Both the position numbers and the translations under genes were made by a program. From Macrostomum hystrix (taxonomy: Eukaryota > Animalia > Platyhelminthes): DNA of 64,000 nucleotides. Under the pieces are notes generated by a model. That model did no database searches. It was not told where the DNA came from and saw only the letters and a program-made list of their open reading frames with translations. The stretch covers positions 4,030,001-4,094,000 of the forward strand of contig CATNEN010000024.1 of assembly GCA_950097015.1 (NCBI GenBank), written 5' to 3'. Of the stretch, positions 1 to 17,725 are shown piece after piece (the stretch's first letter is position 1; every line of letters begins with the position of its first letter).

Positions 1-420
1 AGACAGCTGAGACAGGAGTGATGAGACAGTGGAGAGATGAGACAGCTGAGACAGTGGAGAGATGAGACAGCTGAGACAGTGGAGAGATGAGACAGCTGAG
101 ACAGAAGTGATGAGACAGCTGAGACAGGAGTGATGACACAGTGGAGAGATGGAGTAGGTAAAAGATAAAGGCAGTGAAGAGACGAGACAGAGGAGAGATA
201 GGGCTGGGGAGTGGTGAGACAGGATAGAAATAAAACATGGCAGAGACGAGACAGGGTTGAGATAAGACGGAAGTATAAAACAAGAGAGAGATGAGACAGG
301 GAAGAGATTATTCAGGGGAAGTTAGACACGTGAAACATGAGGCAGGGTAGAGATAAGAATAAGATAGAGAGAGAAAAAGGGAGAGAGATGAGGCAGAGGA
401 ATGATGAAACAGCAGTCGAT
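1..420. repeat. Purine-rich degenerate repeat (gagacagctgagacagt-like units) in an MK2 intron
   Basis: Repeated gagacag/gatgagacag units, clearest over 1-150. Confidence 0.7.
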
Positions 421-536
421 AAGACAGGGCAGATTTAAGATAAGATTAAAGATGAGATTAAAAAGTGAAGTGTTTATGAAAAGGAGTTGGAAGAGGCCAG
501 ATTGCTAGAGTTGGTCTATACATTCGACTTATCTAG

Positions 537-5766
<5,230 letters not shown>

Positions 5767-6534
5767 CTGCTCCTGCGGACTCTCTGTCTGATCCCCAAAT
5801 TTAATTCCCCGAAATCCCCACTTGACATTCTCCCCTCTCCGTTTGTCAAGTCGTCCTTGTTGTTGCTGTTGTTTGAACTTGATCTACACAGTCTTACATG
5901 TGATGAAGTAATAGTATTGCTAATTTAACCCTGTAGATTAAATATATATATATTGGATTGCTAGGCTAGAACGTCTGGAGATTAGAGAAAGAATTAATTT
6001 CAAATCCAACCCCGTCATTAAAGAGAATGCAATGGATTGCTAATCTAGCCCATGAGTTTAAAATGGATTGCTAATTTAACAGTCTGAGAACCTATTATGT
6101 CTATTTATTCTGATAACTACTTTTAGTAGGCATATTCAAAATTTCTGGCTAAATTTGTTTCTGGATTGCTAGTCTATTCACTGTGACGACAAGCAAAGTC
6201 AATGCGCGCGGAATTAGAGGACCAAACAATAAGCTATAATTGATTTTTTTAGCAATGGATGATCTCATTAGCTCTAAGATGCAATGTGGTTTTACAATGA
6301 ACTTTTGCAGTCTTTGTATTCTACAATTACCCTGTTCTCTAGTTATTTGCGTTTAGGTTTTCACTGTGCAACGCGCTAACAAATATAGCAATTACTGTAT
6401 GTCGGCAGCCTTTGATTTTACGTAATGTAATATATAGCTGCAGTCGCGTTCCGCTAATTCTGTTTTCTGTTTCAGTTTCAGTCAATTTGTTTAAAAACTA
6501 TGCCTAATTGATCACTTCCTTTTATCGTTATTTT

Positions 6535-8702
6535 TGACTCCCCACTCCCTGATCCTTCGACTCACCACTCCCATATTCTTCGACTCCCCACTCCCAGTTC
6601 CTTCGACTCTCCACTTCCAGATCCTTCGACTCTCCACTCTCAGATCCTTCGACTCCCCACTCGCAGATCCTTCGACTCTCTACTCCCAGATCCTTCGACT
6701 CGCCATTCCCAGGTCCTTCGACTCCCCACTCCCAGATCCTTCGACTCGCCATTCCCAGATCCTTCGACTCTCCACTCCCAGATCCTTCGACTCTCCACTT
6801 CCAGATCCTTCGACTCTCCACTCTCAGATCCTTCGACTCTCCACTCCCAGTTCCTTCGACTCTCCACTCCCAGTTCCTTCGACTCTCCACTCCCAGATCC
6901 TTCGACTCTCCACTTCCAGATCCTTCGACTCTCCACTCTCAGATCCTTCGACTCCCCACTCCCAGATCCTTCGACTCTCTACTCCCAGATCCTTCGACTC
7001 GCCATTCCCAGGTCCTTCGACTCCCCACTCCCATATTCTTCGACTCCGCACTCCCATATTCTTCGACTCCCCACTCCCAGTTCCTTCGACTCTCCACTCC
7101 CAGATCCTTCGACTCTCTACTCCCAGATCCTTCGACTCGCCATTCCCAGGTCCTTCGACTCCCCACTCCCATATTCTTCGACTCTCCACTCCCAGATCCT
7201 TCGACTCTCCACTTCCAGATCCTTCGACTCTCCACTCTCAGATCCTTCGACTCCCCACTCCCAGATCCTTCGACTCTCTACTCCCAGATCCTTCGACTCG
7301 CCATTCCCAGGTCCTTCGACTCCCCACTCCCATATTCTTCGACTCTCCACTCCCAGATCCTTCGACTCCCCACTCCCATATTCTTCGACTCTCCACTCCC
7401 AGATCCTTCGACTCGCCATTCCCAGGTCCTTCGACTCCCCACTCCCATATTCTTCGACTCCCCACTCCCATATTCTTCGACTCTCCATTCCCAGATCCTT
7501 CGACTCTCCACTCCCAGATCCTTCGACTCTCCATTCCCATATTCTTCGACTCCCCACTCCCAGATCCTTCGACTCGCCATTCCCGGGTCCTTCGACTCCC
7601 CACTCCCATATTCTTCGACTCTCCACTCCCAGATCCTTCGACTCGCCATTCCCAGGTCCTTCGACTCCCCACTCCCATATTCTTCGACTCCCCACTCCCA
7701 TATTCTTCGACTCTCCACTCCCAGATCCTTCGACTCTCCACTCCCATATTCTTCGACTCTCCATTCCCAGATCCTTCGACTCTCCACTCCCAGATCCTTC
7801 GACTCCCCACTCCCAGATCCTTCGACTCCCCACTCCCAGATCCTTCGACTCGCCATTCCCGGGTCCTTCGACTCCCCACTCCCATATTCTTCGACTCTCC
7901 ACTCCCAGATCCTTCGACTCGCCATTCCCAGGTCCTTCGACTCCCCACTCCCAGGTCCTTCGACTCCCCACTCCCAGATCCTTCGACTCTCCATTCCCAG
8001 ATCCTTTGACTCCCCACTCCCAGATCCTTCGACTCCCTACTCCCATATCCTTCGACTCCCCACTCCCATATCCTTCGACTCTCCACTCCCAGATCCTTCG
8101 ACTCCCCACTCCCAGATCCTTCGACTCCCCACTCCCAGATCCTTCGACTCCCCACTCCCAGATCCTTCGACTCCCCACTCCCAGATCCTTCGACTCCCCA
8201 CTCCCAGATCCTTCGACTCCCCACTCCCAGATCCTTCGACTCCCCACTCCCAGGTCCTTCGACTCCCCACTCCCAGATCCTTCGACTCTCCATTCCCAGA
8301 TCCTTTGACTCCCCACTCCCAGATCCTTCGACTCCCTACTCCCATATCCTTCGACTCCCCACTCCCATATCCTTCGACTCTCCACTCCCAGATCCTTCGA
8401 CTCCCCACTCCCAGATCCTTCGACTCCCCACTCCCAGATCCTTTGACTCCCCACTCCCAGATCCTTCGACTCCCCACTCCCAGATCCTTCGACTCCCCAC
8501 TCCCAGGTCATTCGACTCCCCACTCCCAGATCCTTCGACTCCCCACTCCCAGATCCTTCGACTCCCCACTCCCAGATCCTTCGACTCCCCACTCCCAGGT
8601 CCTTCGACTCCCCACTCCCAGATCCTTCGACTCCCCACTCCCAGGTCCTTCGACTCCCCACTCCCAGATCCTTCGACTCCCCACTCCCAGATCCTTTGAC
8701 TC
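6535..8702. repeat. 23-bp minisatellite, about 2.2 kb, between convergent genes
   Basis: Unit ccccactcccagatccttcgact with variants. It is the source of the many spurious ORFs in this interval. Confidence 0.97.
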
Positions 8703-8982
8703 TTCCTTATTCCCACCTCATGATTCTTCCGCTTCCCTGGACCAATTATCAAGCAGAAATATTTAACCGAAGATTCTGTTTGACGGAATGTTTTAATTGT
8801 CTGTATATTTAGCAACAGAAGTGTACGAACAGGGTATTTTACGAGTATAACATATTACAATTTTTTCATTAATGAATAAGCACAGCTAGAAGATCAATTA
8901 TTTGAAGGATTAAACACGCTGCTAGCCACTGGATGAATTGTAAGTAGTATATATTTAGAATTAGATTTCGACTCTAAGTTTG

Positions 8983-11353
8983 TCATTCGTCTTTATTTTC
9001 ATTATCTTTTTTGCCCCCGAAATTCGGCTGCAAAATAATTTCGCCCAAGCACATGCTAAAATCGTTGCTGGAGTCAACCACGTTAATCACATCAGATGAT
9101 TGCCTCTCGAAGCTGTGGCGCATGGTTCTGCGGACAAAGGACGCCGACATGACCTCGGGATCTGGCACCGATTGTTTACAGAGGTTTAAAGTTTGAGTTC
9201 CCACATCCTCTCTCTCCCAAATCCTTCCATATCCTCCAGCTCCCATATCCTCCGAATCCCATCCTTCAATCCTTCAGCTTCTATATCCTCCGAATCCCAT
9301 CCTCCAGCTCCCATATCCTCCGAATCCCATCCTCAAGCTCCCATATCCCCCGAATCCCGTCCTTCAGCTCCCATATCCCCCGAATCCCATCCTCCAGCTC
9401 CCATATCCCCCGAATCCCATCCTCCAGCTCCCATATCCTCCGAATCCCATCCCCCAGCTCCCATATCCTCCGAATCCCATCCTCCAGCTCCCATATCCCC
9501 CGAATCCCATCCTCCAGCTCCCATATCCCCCGAATCCCATCCTCAAGCTCCCATATCCCCCGAATCCCATCCTCCAGCTCCCATATCCCCCGAATCCCAT
9601 CCTCAAGCTCCCATATCCTCCGAATCCCATCCTCCAGCTCCCATATCCTCCGAATCCCATCCTCCAGCTCCCATATCCTCCGAATCCCATCCTCCAGCTC
9701 CCATATCCTCCGAATCCCATCCTCCAGCTCCCATATCCTCCGAATCCCATCCTCGAGCTCCCATATCCCCGAATCCCATCCTCCAGCTCCCATATACTCC
9801 GAATCCCATCCTCCAGCTCCCATATCTCTCCAATATCCCCAGCTCCCTGTCCAGACAACAATGGTAGTGAGGACGCTTACAGTCCCAGGCAAGCTTAGAC
9901 ATGGCTTCCCCCAGGCTGGGGTTCTTGTCTAGCAGGGAGCGGCTCTGCGCGAGACTTCTCAGCTGGTTACTCATTCGCAGCTGCGGCATGGCAATGTCCC
10001 AGGACCAGGACTGCAGATCATGGCACTCGATCAGGGCTTCTTCCATTTTTTCGCGTTCCCGCTCAATCGGAGGCTGCGCCTGAGTACACTCGAGACGCTC
10101 AATCTCTTGCAGCCTGCCGATGAGCAGCCTGTGGTAGTTTGTGAGTTTATTTAGGAAACTGCATGCCTCATCTTGCCCATAGGTGAATTGCACAGTCTAG
10201 GTCAATAATTCTATCGACAGATGGGGGATAAGAGGAGGATAAGAGATAAGAGACAGAGAAAGATAAGGGAACTGAATGGATTGCTAAACTAGCCCACATT
10301 GAATAGGGAACTGAATGGATTGCAAATCTAGCCCACATTGAATAGGGAACAGAATGGATTGCTAATCTAGCCCACATTGAATATGGAACAGAATGGATTG
10401 CTAATCTAGCCCACATTGAATATGGAACAGAATGGATTGCTAATCTAGCCGACTAGATAAGGGAACTGAATAGATTGCTAAACTAGCCCACATTGAATAG
10501 GGAACTGAATGGATTGCTAATCTAGCCCACATTGAATAGGGAACAGAATGGATTGCTAAACTAGCCCACATTGAATAGGGAACAGAATGGATTGCTAATC
10601 TAGCCCACATTTAATAGGGAACAGAATGGATTGCTAAACTAGCCGAATAGACAAGGGAACTGAATGGATTGCTAATCTAGCCGAATAGACAAGGGAACTG
10701 AATGGATTGCTAATCTAGCCTGCTTACCTAAAGTCGTACACGTCCAGCTGGCCGAAGCCGGATCTGTCGCACTCGCTGATGATGTTAATGACCTGGCAGG
10801 ACAGCTGTCGCTGCATCCTGTAGGTGTACATCTGCACCAGCTGGCCGACGGAGACACGATCGTGCCCGTTGCTCACGATGTCGAACAGGGCCTCCTCCAC
10901 CTGGTCCTTGGAGGCGAAGGACAGGAAAAACATGAGGCGCACGAACTCCCGGCGGGTGAGGTAGCGATCTCCCCGCTTTGAAAGGCTCCTGACCAGAATC
11001 AGCAGCAGCTTCCGGTTCAGCATGGCGTCGATGCTAACGAAGCAGTCGAGCTGGTACAGCAGCAGGTCTATGAGCACGCGGCTGTCCTCAACTCCGTGAA
11101 TATTATCAAAGTAGGAGCTGAACAATTTTCGTAGGTCGTTGTAGGCCTCAGAATCTTTGTCCCAATTCCTCTCTAGCCAGGGATCCGTTGGGACCCCGGT
11201 TACCAGGGATAAGGACCGCGAAATAGTCTCGCAGGAACCCTTCGAGTCATCGTTCGATTCGCTTTCGCTACCCTCTAAGTAGCTCTGTCTGATCAGCTGC
11301 GATGTGCTGTTGCTGAACTGCCTATCGTCCGATTCAACATTAGAGTCTTCCAT
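8983..11353 (-). CDS. Uncharacterised protein with degenerate EF-hand-like motifs (3 coding exons)
   Basis: Exons 11353-10728 (AG|gtaagc, phase 2), 10128-9881 (cacag|G...GAC T|gtaagc) and 9161-8983 (gccag|AT CCC GAG...TGA) join in frame. EF-hand-like segments: LSKRGDRYLTRREFVRLM and IISECDRSGFGQLDVYDFRLL. Confidence 0.7.
9203..9845. repeat. 30-bp minisatellite (intron 2 of the EF-hand-like gene)
   Basis: Unit ctcccatatcctccgaatcccatcctccag, about 20 copies. Confidence 0.95.
10266..10720. repeat. 39-bp minisatellite (intron 1 of the EF-hand-like gene)
   Basis: Unit gggaactgaatggattgctaatctagcccacattgaata; period 39 (10267 to 10306). Confidence 0.93.
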
Positions 11354-11699
11354 CCTAAACTGTCTGCTGCAATTTTTACTAACCTCGGTAAGGATTTTTC
11401 GTCCTTATGTTTACGAGTATATATTAAGAATAAAGATGAGATTTGGCCATAGACTATTCGAATGAAGCCGCAAATCAAAATCCGACTGAAAATACGAGGG
11501 GTGTTGCAAAAGTGTTGTTTAAATTATTTGCTGAATCAGACTAAAATTATCACCATGACGAGCATTAGTCCGGAAACTTTTGCAGCACCCCTCGTAGGTC
11601 GTGGAGCACTTTTTGACAGACGTAATCAAGTATACCACTTTAATTCTCTCATATTCACCCTACGTATCTAACTATCAACCCTACTTCTCTCAATTTCAA

Positions 11700-12260
11700 T
11701 TTCACCTAACGTCTCTCACGCTCAGCCCTACTTCTCTCAATCTCAACCCTACTTCTCTCACTCTCAGCCTTAATTCTCTCAATCTCAACCCTACTTCTCT
11801 CACTCTCAACCCTACTTATCTCACTCTCAACCTTACTTCTCTCAATCTCAACCCTACTTCTCTCACTCTCAACCCTACTTCTCTCACTCTCAACCTTACT
11901 TCTCTCAATCTCAACCCTACTTCTCTCACTCTCAACCCTACTTCTCTCAATCTCAAACTTACTTCTCTCACTCTCAACCCTACTTCTCTCAATCTCAAAC
12001 TTACTTCTCTCAATCTCAACCCTACTTCTCTCAATCTCAAACTTACTTCTCTCAATCTCAAACCTACTTCTCTCAATCTCAACCCTACTTCTCTCACTCT
12101 CAGCCCTACTTCTCTCAATCTCAGCCCTACTTCTCTCACCCTCAGCCCTACTTCTGTCACTCTCAGCCATACTTCTCTCACTCTCAACCCTACTTCTGAC
12201 ACTCTCAACCTTACTTCTCTCACTCTTAACTCTACTTCTCACTCTCTCCCCTAATACTCT
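11700..12260. repeat. 21-bp CT-rich minisatellite
   Basis: Unit ctacttctctca(a/c)tctcaacc. Confidence 0.93.
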
Positions 12261-13001
12261 CACCATCACTCACAGGTACCTGTTTCCTGGATGAGCCACA
12301 CAGGTAAATTTTCACGGCAGGTTTTTAATACTACTTTCTATCCAGTAGAACTATAAACATTTTAACGTATTTTTCCTTTATTACAACGTTGAATGTGCCG
12401 AGAAACACAAAAAATGTTTGTAGGACCTCAAATTTTGGCGAAAAAAAACTTGGAAATATTCTCAAAGCTTGAAATAACATTTGCAGTGGTACTTTTTGTA
12501 CAAATTCAAGTTAAATCAAAACTGAAATTTTAACAATAGTACACTACTTTTAATACTATCAGCTTTTCATTTTCGAAGCTGAGTCGTCGTTTGAGTTCAG
12601 TTAAGTTAAGCTCTGCCGACTACAAAGCCCGCTACTAAACAATAAGTAGAATAAAATTACCATTGAAATTAGCCTGAGTAAATTTTGTAAATGCCAACTG
12701 CCAACTATCCAGTATTTAGGATTGTACAAACGCTGACCAACTCGCGTGCGTGTAAATGCTACAAAATATGCCTCATTTCCGCATACTATTATCTCGTATT
12801 TAGTAGTTGATCTTGGGGAGTCAACTCAATGCAGTCATAAATTTGAGTTCGCTTATTGTTTCAAAACTTGTGCACGATCTCAAATAAGCGTATAGGGGGG
12901 TATTCTGCTCAGCCGCGAGACAGCTGCTTTTTTCCTTCGTCTTCTTCTTTCCCTCTCAATTCCCCTCCCCGACAGTTTTGGCCCCTTAAATTTTGAGGAT
13001 C

Positions 13002-13008
13002 TATAAAT
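13002..13008 (+). promoter_or_regulatory. Candidate TATA box of the achaete-scute gene
   Basis: tataaat about 230 bp upstream of the ATG at 13239. Motif and position only. Confidence 0.35.
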
Positions 13009-13238
13009 CCAAAGTCGGACCCAAAGTGGGTGAGGATTTCTCAGCCGCGGAAGGGAGGCAGCCAATAGCTGTGCCGCCGCAGCCTGTGCCAGCCCACCCC
13101 AGCCAATGCTATAGATAGACTTGAGCAGGCACGTATGAGCACACACATTCATACCAGTTAGCTGCCTGCCTGTTGTCTCCTCTTACGGACATTGTTAACA
13201 CTTATTCATTCGCCTGCTAGTTCATCAGAAGTAAGTAA

Positions 13239-14474
13239 ATGGCCCAAGCCTCATGCAGCGATGTTGACAGCAAGTGCGGCTTCTGGTACCTCAACACTGC
13301 TGGCGATTTCGGGGCGGACAGCCAGTCCGCCTATTGGACGCCGGATTCGCAGCTTGCCAATGATTTCATTTACATCAGCCAGCATCAGCAGCAGCAGCAG
13401 CCTGACGCACTTCCACTACCCCCTATGATGCATCAGCAGACATTGATTGATTTTCCCATCGACGAGCAGCAGCTGCAGCAACAGCAGCAGCAGCTGTTCG
13501 TCGGCGGTCTGCCTGCAGCCTTCTCATCGAGTCCGTTGGCCTATCTAACGTCAAACACTGACGTCGCCGACTGCTCCGCTTATCTGCTGCCACCGGTTGA
13601 TATTCACGGTTCCTGTCAGCCGGATGACAATGCGACGGGCGCAAATCGGCACCTCCTGTCAGCGACGAGGGTGGCCGCGGCGATGGCGGCGGCCACAACG
13701 TCGGCGTCGACATCCTCGGCGATGTTGCCATCGCTGTCCTCTTCTTCGTCTCCGCCGTCCTCCACCACCTCGCCAGCCTCCAAGCCCGTCGGTCGCGGTC
13801 GAAGTCGCGGTGGCAAGACTCCGACGAAAGCATCGTCGACTCATTCAGCAGTCGCTGCCGATGCTCCGAAAGCCGATGCGATTCTCATGTTGAAGCCCGA
13901 AGGCGAGCCGAAGGTCAAGACGCCTACGATGGTCGCCAAGAGGAACGCCCGAGAACGTCGCCGAGTTGAGGCCGTCAATTTGGCGTTTGCCAAGCTGCGA
14001 AAGTGAGATTTTGCGATTACATGGGATGTGGTGAGATAGGATGAGATAGGATAGGGTGAAATAGGGTGAGATAGGATAGGGTGAGATAGGATAGGGTGAG
14101 ATAGGATAGGGTGAGATAGGATAGGGTGAAATGGGGTGAGATAGGGTGAGACAGGATAGGGTGAGATAGGATAGGGTGAGATAAGATAGGGTGAGATGCT
14201 GGAATGTAGTGGCGATCAGAGATGGGATGAAATGTTTCTCCACCCGCTAACCGATGCACACCCTCACCTAATTAGGTACATCCCGTACGAAAAGCGAAAT
14301 AAGCGCCTATCGAAAGTGAAAACACTGCGCATCACAATTGACTACATCAGGCTGCTGGAGCAGGTGCTGAACGAGTTGGACAGCGGGATGGACATTGCGG
14401 CCAGTTCAAACTATCAGAACCTGCTGCAGTTAGCCACGCGCAAGGAGGTTGTGGTACCTCTGCCTTCCGTCTGA
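13239..14474 (+). CDS. ASCL: Achaete-scute family bHLH transcription factor (2 coding exons)
   Basis: Exons 13239-14002 (AA|gtgaga) and 14276-14474 (ctaattag|G) give VAKRNARERRRVEAVNLAFAKLRKYIPYEKRNKRLSKVKTLRITIDYIRLLEQVL. This matches the achaete-scute bHLH pattern (RN.RER.RV..VN..F..LR...P....K.LSKV.TLR..I.YI..L). Confidence 0.9.
14030..14195. repeat. 15-bp minisatellite inside the bHLH intron
   Basis: Unit gtgagataggatagg. Confidence 0.9.
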
Positions 14475-14487
14475 ACTGAACTTCCAG

Positions 14488-14838
14488 TGCTGACGATTTG
14501 GGATCTGACAATTCGGGATCTGACGATTCGGGATCTGACGATTCGGGATCTGACGATTCGGGATCTGACGATTCGGGATCTGACGATTCGGGATCTGACG
14601 ATTCGGGATCTGACGATTCGGGATCTGACGATTCGGGATCTGACGATTCGGGATCTGACGATTCGGGATCTGACGATTCGGGATCTGACGATTCGGGATC
14701 TGACGATTCGGGATCTGACGATTCGGGATCTGACGATTCGGGATCTGACGATTCGGGATCTGACGATTCGGGATCTGACGATTCGGGATCTGACGATTCG
14801 GGATCTGACGATTCGGGATCTGACGATTCGGGATCTGA
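14488..14838. repeat. Near-perfect 15-bp minisatellite just after the ASCL stop codon
   Basis: Unit gacgattcgggatct, about 23 copies. Confidence 0.97.
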
Positions 14839-15462
14839 TGGCTCAGAGTTAAAAATTGTAGTTTCAAAGTTTGGGACTTTCAGATGGGTTTCTGATTTTG
14901 AGTTAGCCGTATTCGTTATTTTGACTTTCATTATTTTAAAGAGTGTTTGATTTCAATTCCTATTGATACTGCTTACAGCTAAATGAATTTTATTCTTATT
15001 GTTTACACCATAATAGGGTCTCCTTGAAATTTTTATTCCATAAATTTTTTATTGAGTTGTGTCTCGAAAATGTTTTATAATATGAATGTTCCATAGCCAA
15101 TAAAGTTGTTAGTTTTCAGCACAAAATTTGGAATAATCAGTTGTTGCCTCATTGGCATCTACCATGAAAATCCGCAAATATATTAGTCATTTATGATTGA
15201 ATAATTTGATCATTATCGGGACACTTACAAGTTTCAGCTCGTAATTAATGTTCCGATCTTGTTATGCTCAGATAATCGCCGGTATTCTGCTTACAACGAA
15301 TGTGTGCAAAGAAGTCAATAAACATCAAGATAGTTTTAGATACTCATGGAGACATAGTCTTAATTAATTCATAAGAGGGCATTAAAAAACACGTTTATGA
15401 GAACGTAATGATCAGAACATCTTACTATTGAAAACTCAATAAAGGCCCAAACTCGCTTCCTC

Positions 15463-16168
15463 TCACCCTACCTCTCTCCCTCTCACCCTCCCTCTCTCCC
15501 TCTCACTCTCCCTCTCTTCCTCTCACTCTCTCTCTCTTCCTCTCACCCTCCCTCTCTCCCTCTCACCCTCCCTCTCTCCCTCTCACCCTCCCTCTCTCCC
15601 TCTCACCCTCCCTCTCTCCCTCTTTTCCTCTCACTCTCCCTCTCTTCCTCTCACTCTCCCTCTCTTCCTCTGACTCTCCCTCTCTTCCTCTCACTCTCTC
15701 TCTCTTCCTCTCACCCTCCCTCTCTCCCTCTTACCCCCCCTCTCCCTCTCACCCTCCCTCTCTCCCTCTCACCCTCCCTCTCTCCCTCTCACCCTCCCTC
15801 TCTCCCTCTTTTCCTCTCACTCTCCCTCTCTTCCTCTCACTCTCCCTCTCTTCCTCTCACTCTCCCTCTCTTCCTCTCACTCTCCCTCTCTTCCTCTCAC
15901 TCTCCCTCTCACTCTCCCTCTCTTCCTCTCACTCTCCCTCTCTTCCTCTCACTCTCCCTCTCTTCCTCTCACTCTCCCTCTCACTCTCCCTCTCTTCCTC
16001 TCACTCTCCCTCTCACTCTCCCTCTCTTCCTCTCACTCTCCCTCTCTTCCTCTCACTCTCCCTCTCTTCCTCTCACTCTCCCTCTCTTCCTCTCACTCTC
16101 CCTCTCACTCTCCCTCTCTTCCTCTCACTCTCCCTCTCTTCCTCTCACTCTCCCTCTCTTCCTCTCAC
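15463..16168. repeat. Polypyrimidine (CT) compound repeat
   Basis: Almost purely C/T on the + strand; units such as ctctcactctccctctcttc. Confidence 0.95.
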
Positions 16169-16904
16169 TGTTCTTCTCTAGCTATGTTTGAAATTCGGCA
16201 GTTTAGATGAGCGATGAAGCTCCAAGTTCTAAATATACGAGTAGAAGCATCGGTGACAAGGCAGGACTCGGGGATTGAGAAAGGCAAAAGACTGTTGCGC
16301 AATTTCAGTGACTCTGTTGCCTCTCGCGCGCCTGTATACGGAAACAATGTGGGAATAAATTTTATAGGCTGAAACTTGCGGGCGCCCTGCGCCGGGCCTC
16401 TGTTGCCTGGATTCTTTTGGCTATGATCACACTGCGATGCGTTTTAGGCGACTTCCGCGCAGTGGAAATATCTGGCAGAGATTTGTCCACCATTCTCCCC
16501 TCTATCTGTGCTTATAATGGCGATCACTCAAGCGCGGTCGGGATGTAATATAATGTAGAGGCCACGTCCACCCTCATATATGCCTATTTACGAGTATAAT
16601 ACAAGACGATGGACAATGGCCATTCAGGTAATTGCCTTGCTATGTATTAATTATAGTATATAAGTCAGTTCCTGTTGATCTGTTTATAGCTGTCACGCAC
16701 TGATAAACTCCCAGGCGTGTGTGTGTGTGGCGTGTGAATCTGCATTGTCAGTTCTGAGCACTGCGAATATGCAGGTCCGCGTGTGCTGTGCAATTCTGCT
16801 GATTCTCTGTGGCTTTGATTTTTACTGGTTTTCTCATTGCATCATCCTTGATACACATTTAATTGGCTAGTACCCACTCCAAGTTCTTTAGTAACCAGTA
16901 CTTC

Positions 16905-17725
16905 ATTACTATCCTTCAGTAGCATCCTTCAGACCTTCCTTCAGTACTAACCTTCAGTAGCATCCTTCAGACCTTCAGTACTATCCTTCAGTAGCATCCT
17001 TCAGACCTTCAGTACTATCCTTCAGTAGCATCCTTCAGACCTTCAGTACTATCCTTCAGTAGCATCCTTCAGACCTTCAGTACTATCCTTCAGTAGCATC
17101 CTTCAGACCTTCAGTACTATCCTTCAGTAGCATCCTTCAGACCTTCAGTACTATCCTTCAGTAGCATCCTTCAGACCTTCAGTACTATCCTTCAGTAGCA
17201 TCCTTCAGACCTTCAGTACTATCCTTCAGTATTATACTGAATCTTCAGTATAATTCTTCAGTATAATCTTCAGTATAATCTTCAGTATAATCATCCTTCA
17301 GTAAATTCTGCTATAAGAGGTTGTAGCCTAGTGGTTAGGGCATTGGACTCACGACTTGAAGGTCAGGGGTTCGATTCCCGACCCCACTGGAACAATTTGT
17401 GTCCTTTAGCAAGACACTTAACTCTGCATTGCTTCAGTTCACCCAGCTGTTAAATGGGTACCAGCATCAGCTGGGATAATTGAAGATGGGTGTGGCGTCC
17501 CCCCAGTCCATGGACTGAACAGCTGTACGCAGTCTTCAGATGCGCTGCGCATTAGCTGCGGCTGTGCTGTCGGCTGCACATCTGACCCAATTAGGGCAGG
17601 TGTAATCAATTATTATTATTAATTATTCAGTATTATCCTTGAGTACTATCCTTCAGTACTATCCTTCAGTACTATCCTTCAGACCTTCAGTGGCATCCTT
17701 CATACCTTCAGTACTATCCTTCAGC
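16905..17725. repeat. 34-bp minisatellite interrupted by a SINE
   Basis: Unit ccttcagtactatccttcagtagcatccttcaga (period 34), present on both sides of 17318-17627. Confidence 0.9.
17318..17627 (+). mobile_element. tRNA-derived CORE-SINE
   Basis: A box tagcctagtgg (17324) and B box ggttcgattcc (17368), then tgtgtcctttagcaagacacttaactctgcattgcttcagttcacccagctgttaaatggg (17398-17458), which resembles the MIR/CORE consensus. Ends in an (ATT)n tail. Confidence 0.8.

Noticed and set aside
6528-8815. Many long ORFs (up to 514 aa) on both strands
   Set aside because: They are translations of the 23-bp minisatellite, open in several frames simply because the unit lacks stop codons. The same applies to ORFs over 9.2-9.9, 11.6-12.3, 14.3-14.9, 19.5-20.3, 23.5-24.2, 27.2-27.9, 28.2-28.9 and 62.0-63.6 kb.
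17318-17390. tRNA gene
   Set aside because: It has A and B boxes but continues into a CORE domain and (ATT)n tail, and no convincing cloverleaf forms. It is a SINE head.
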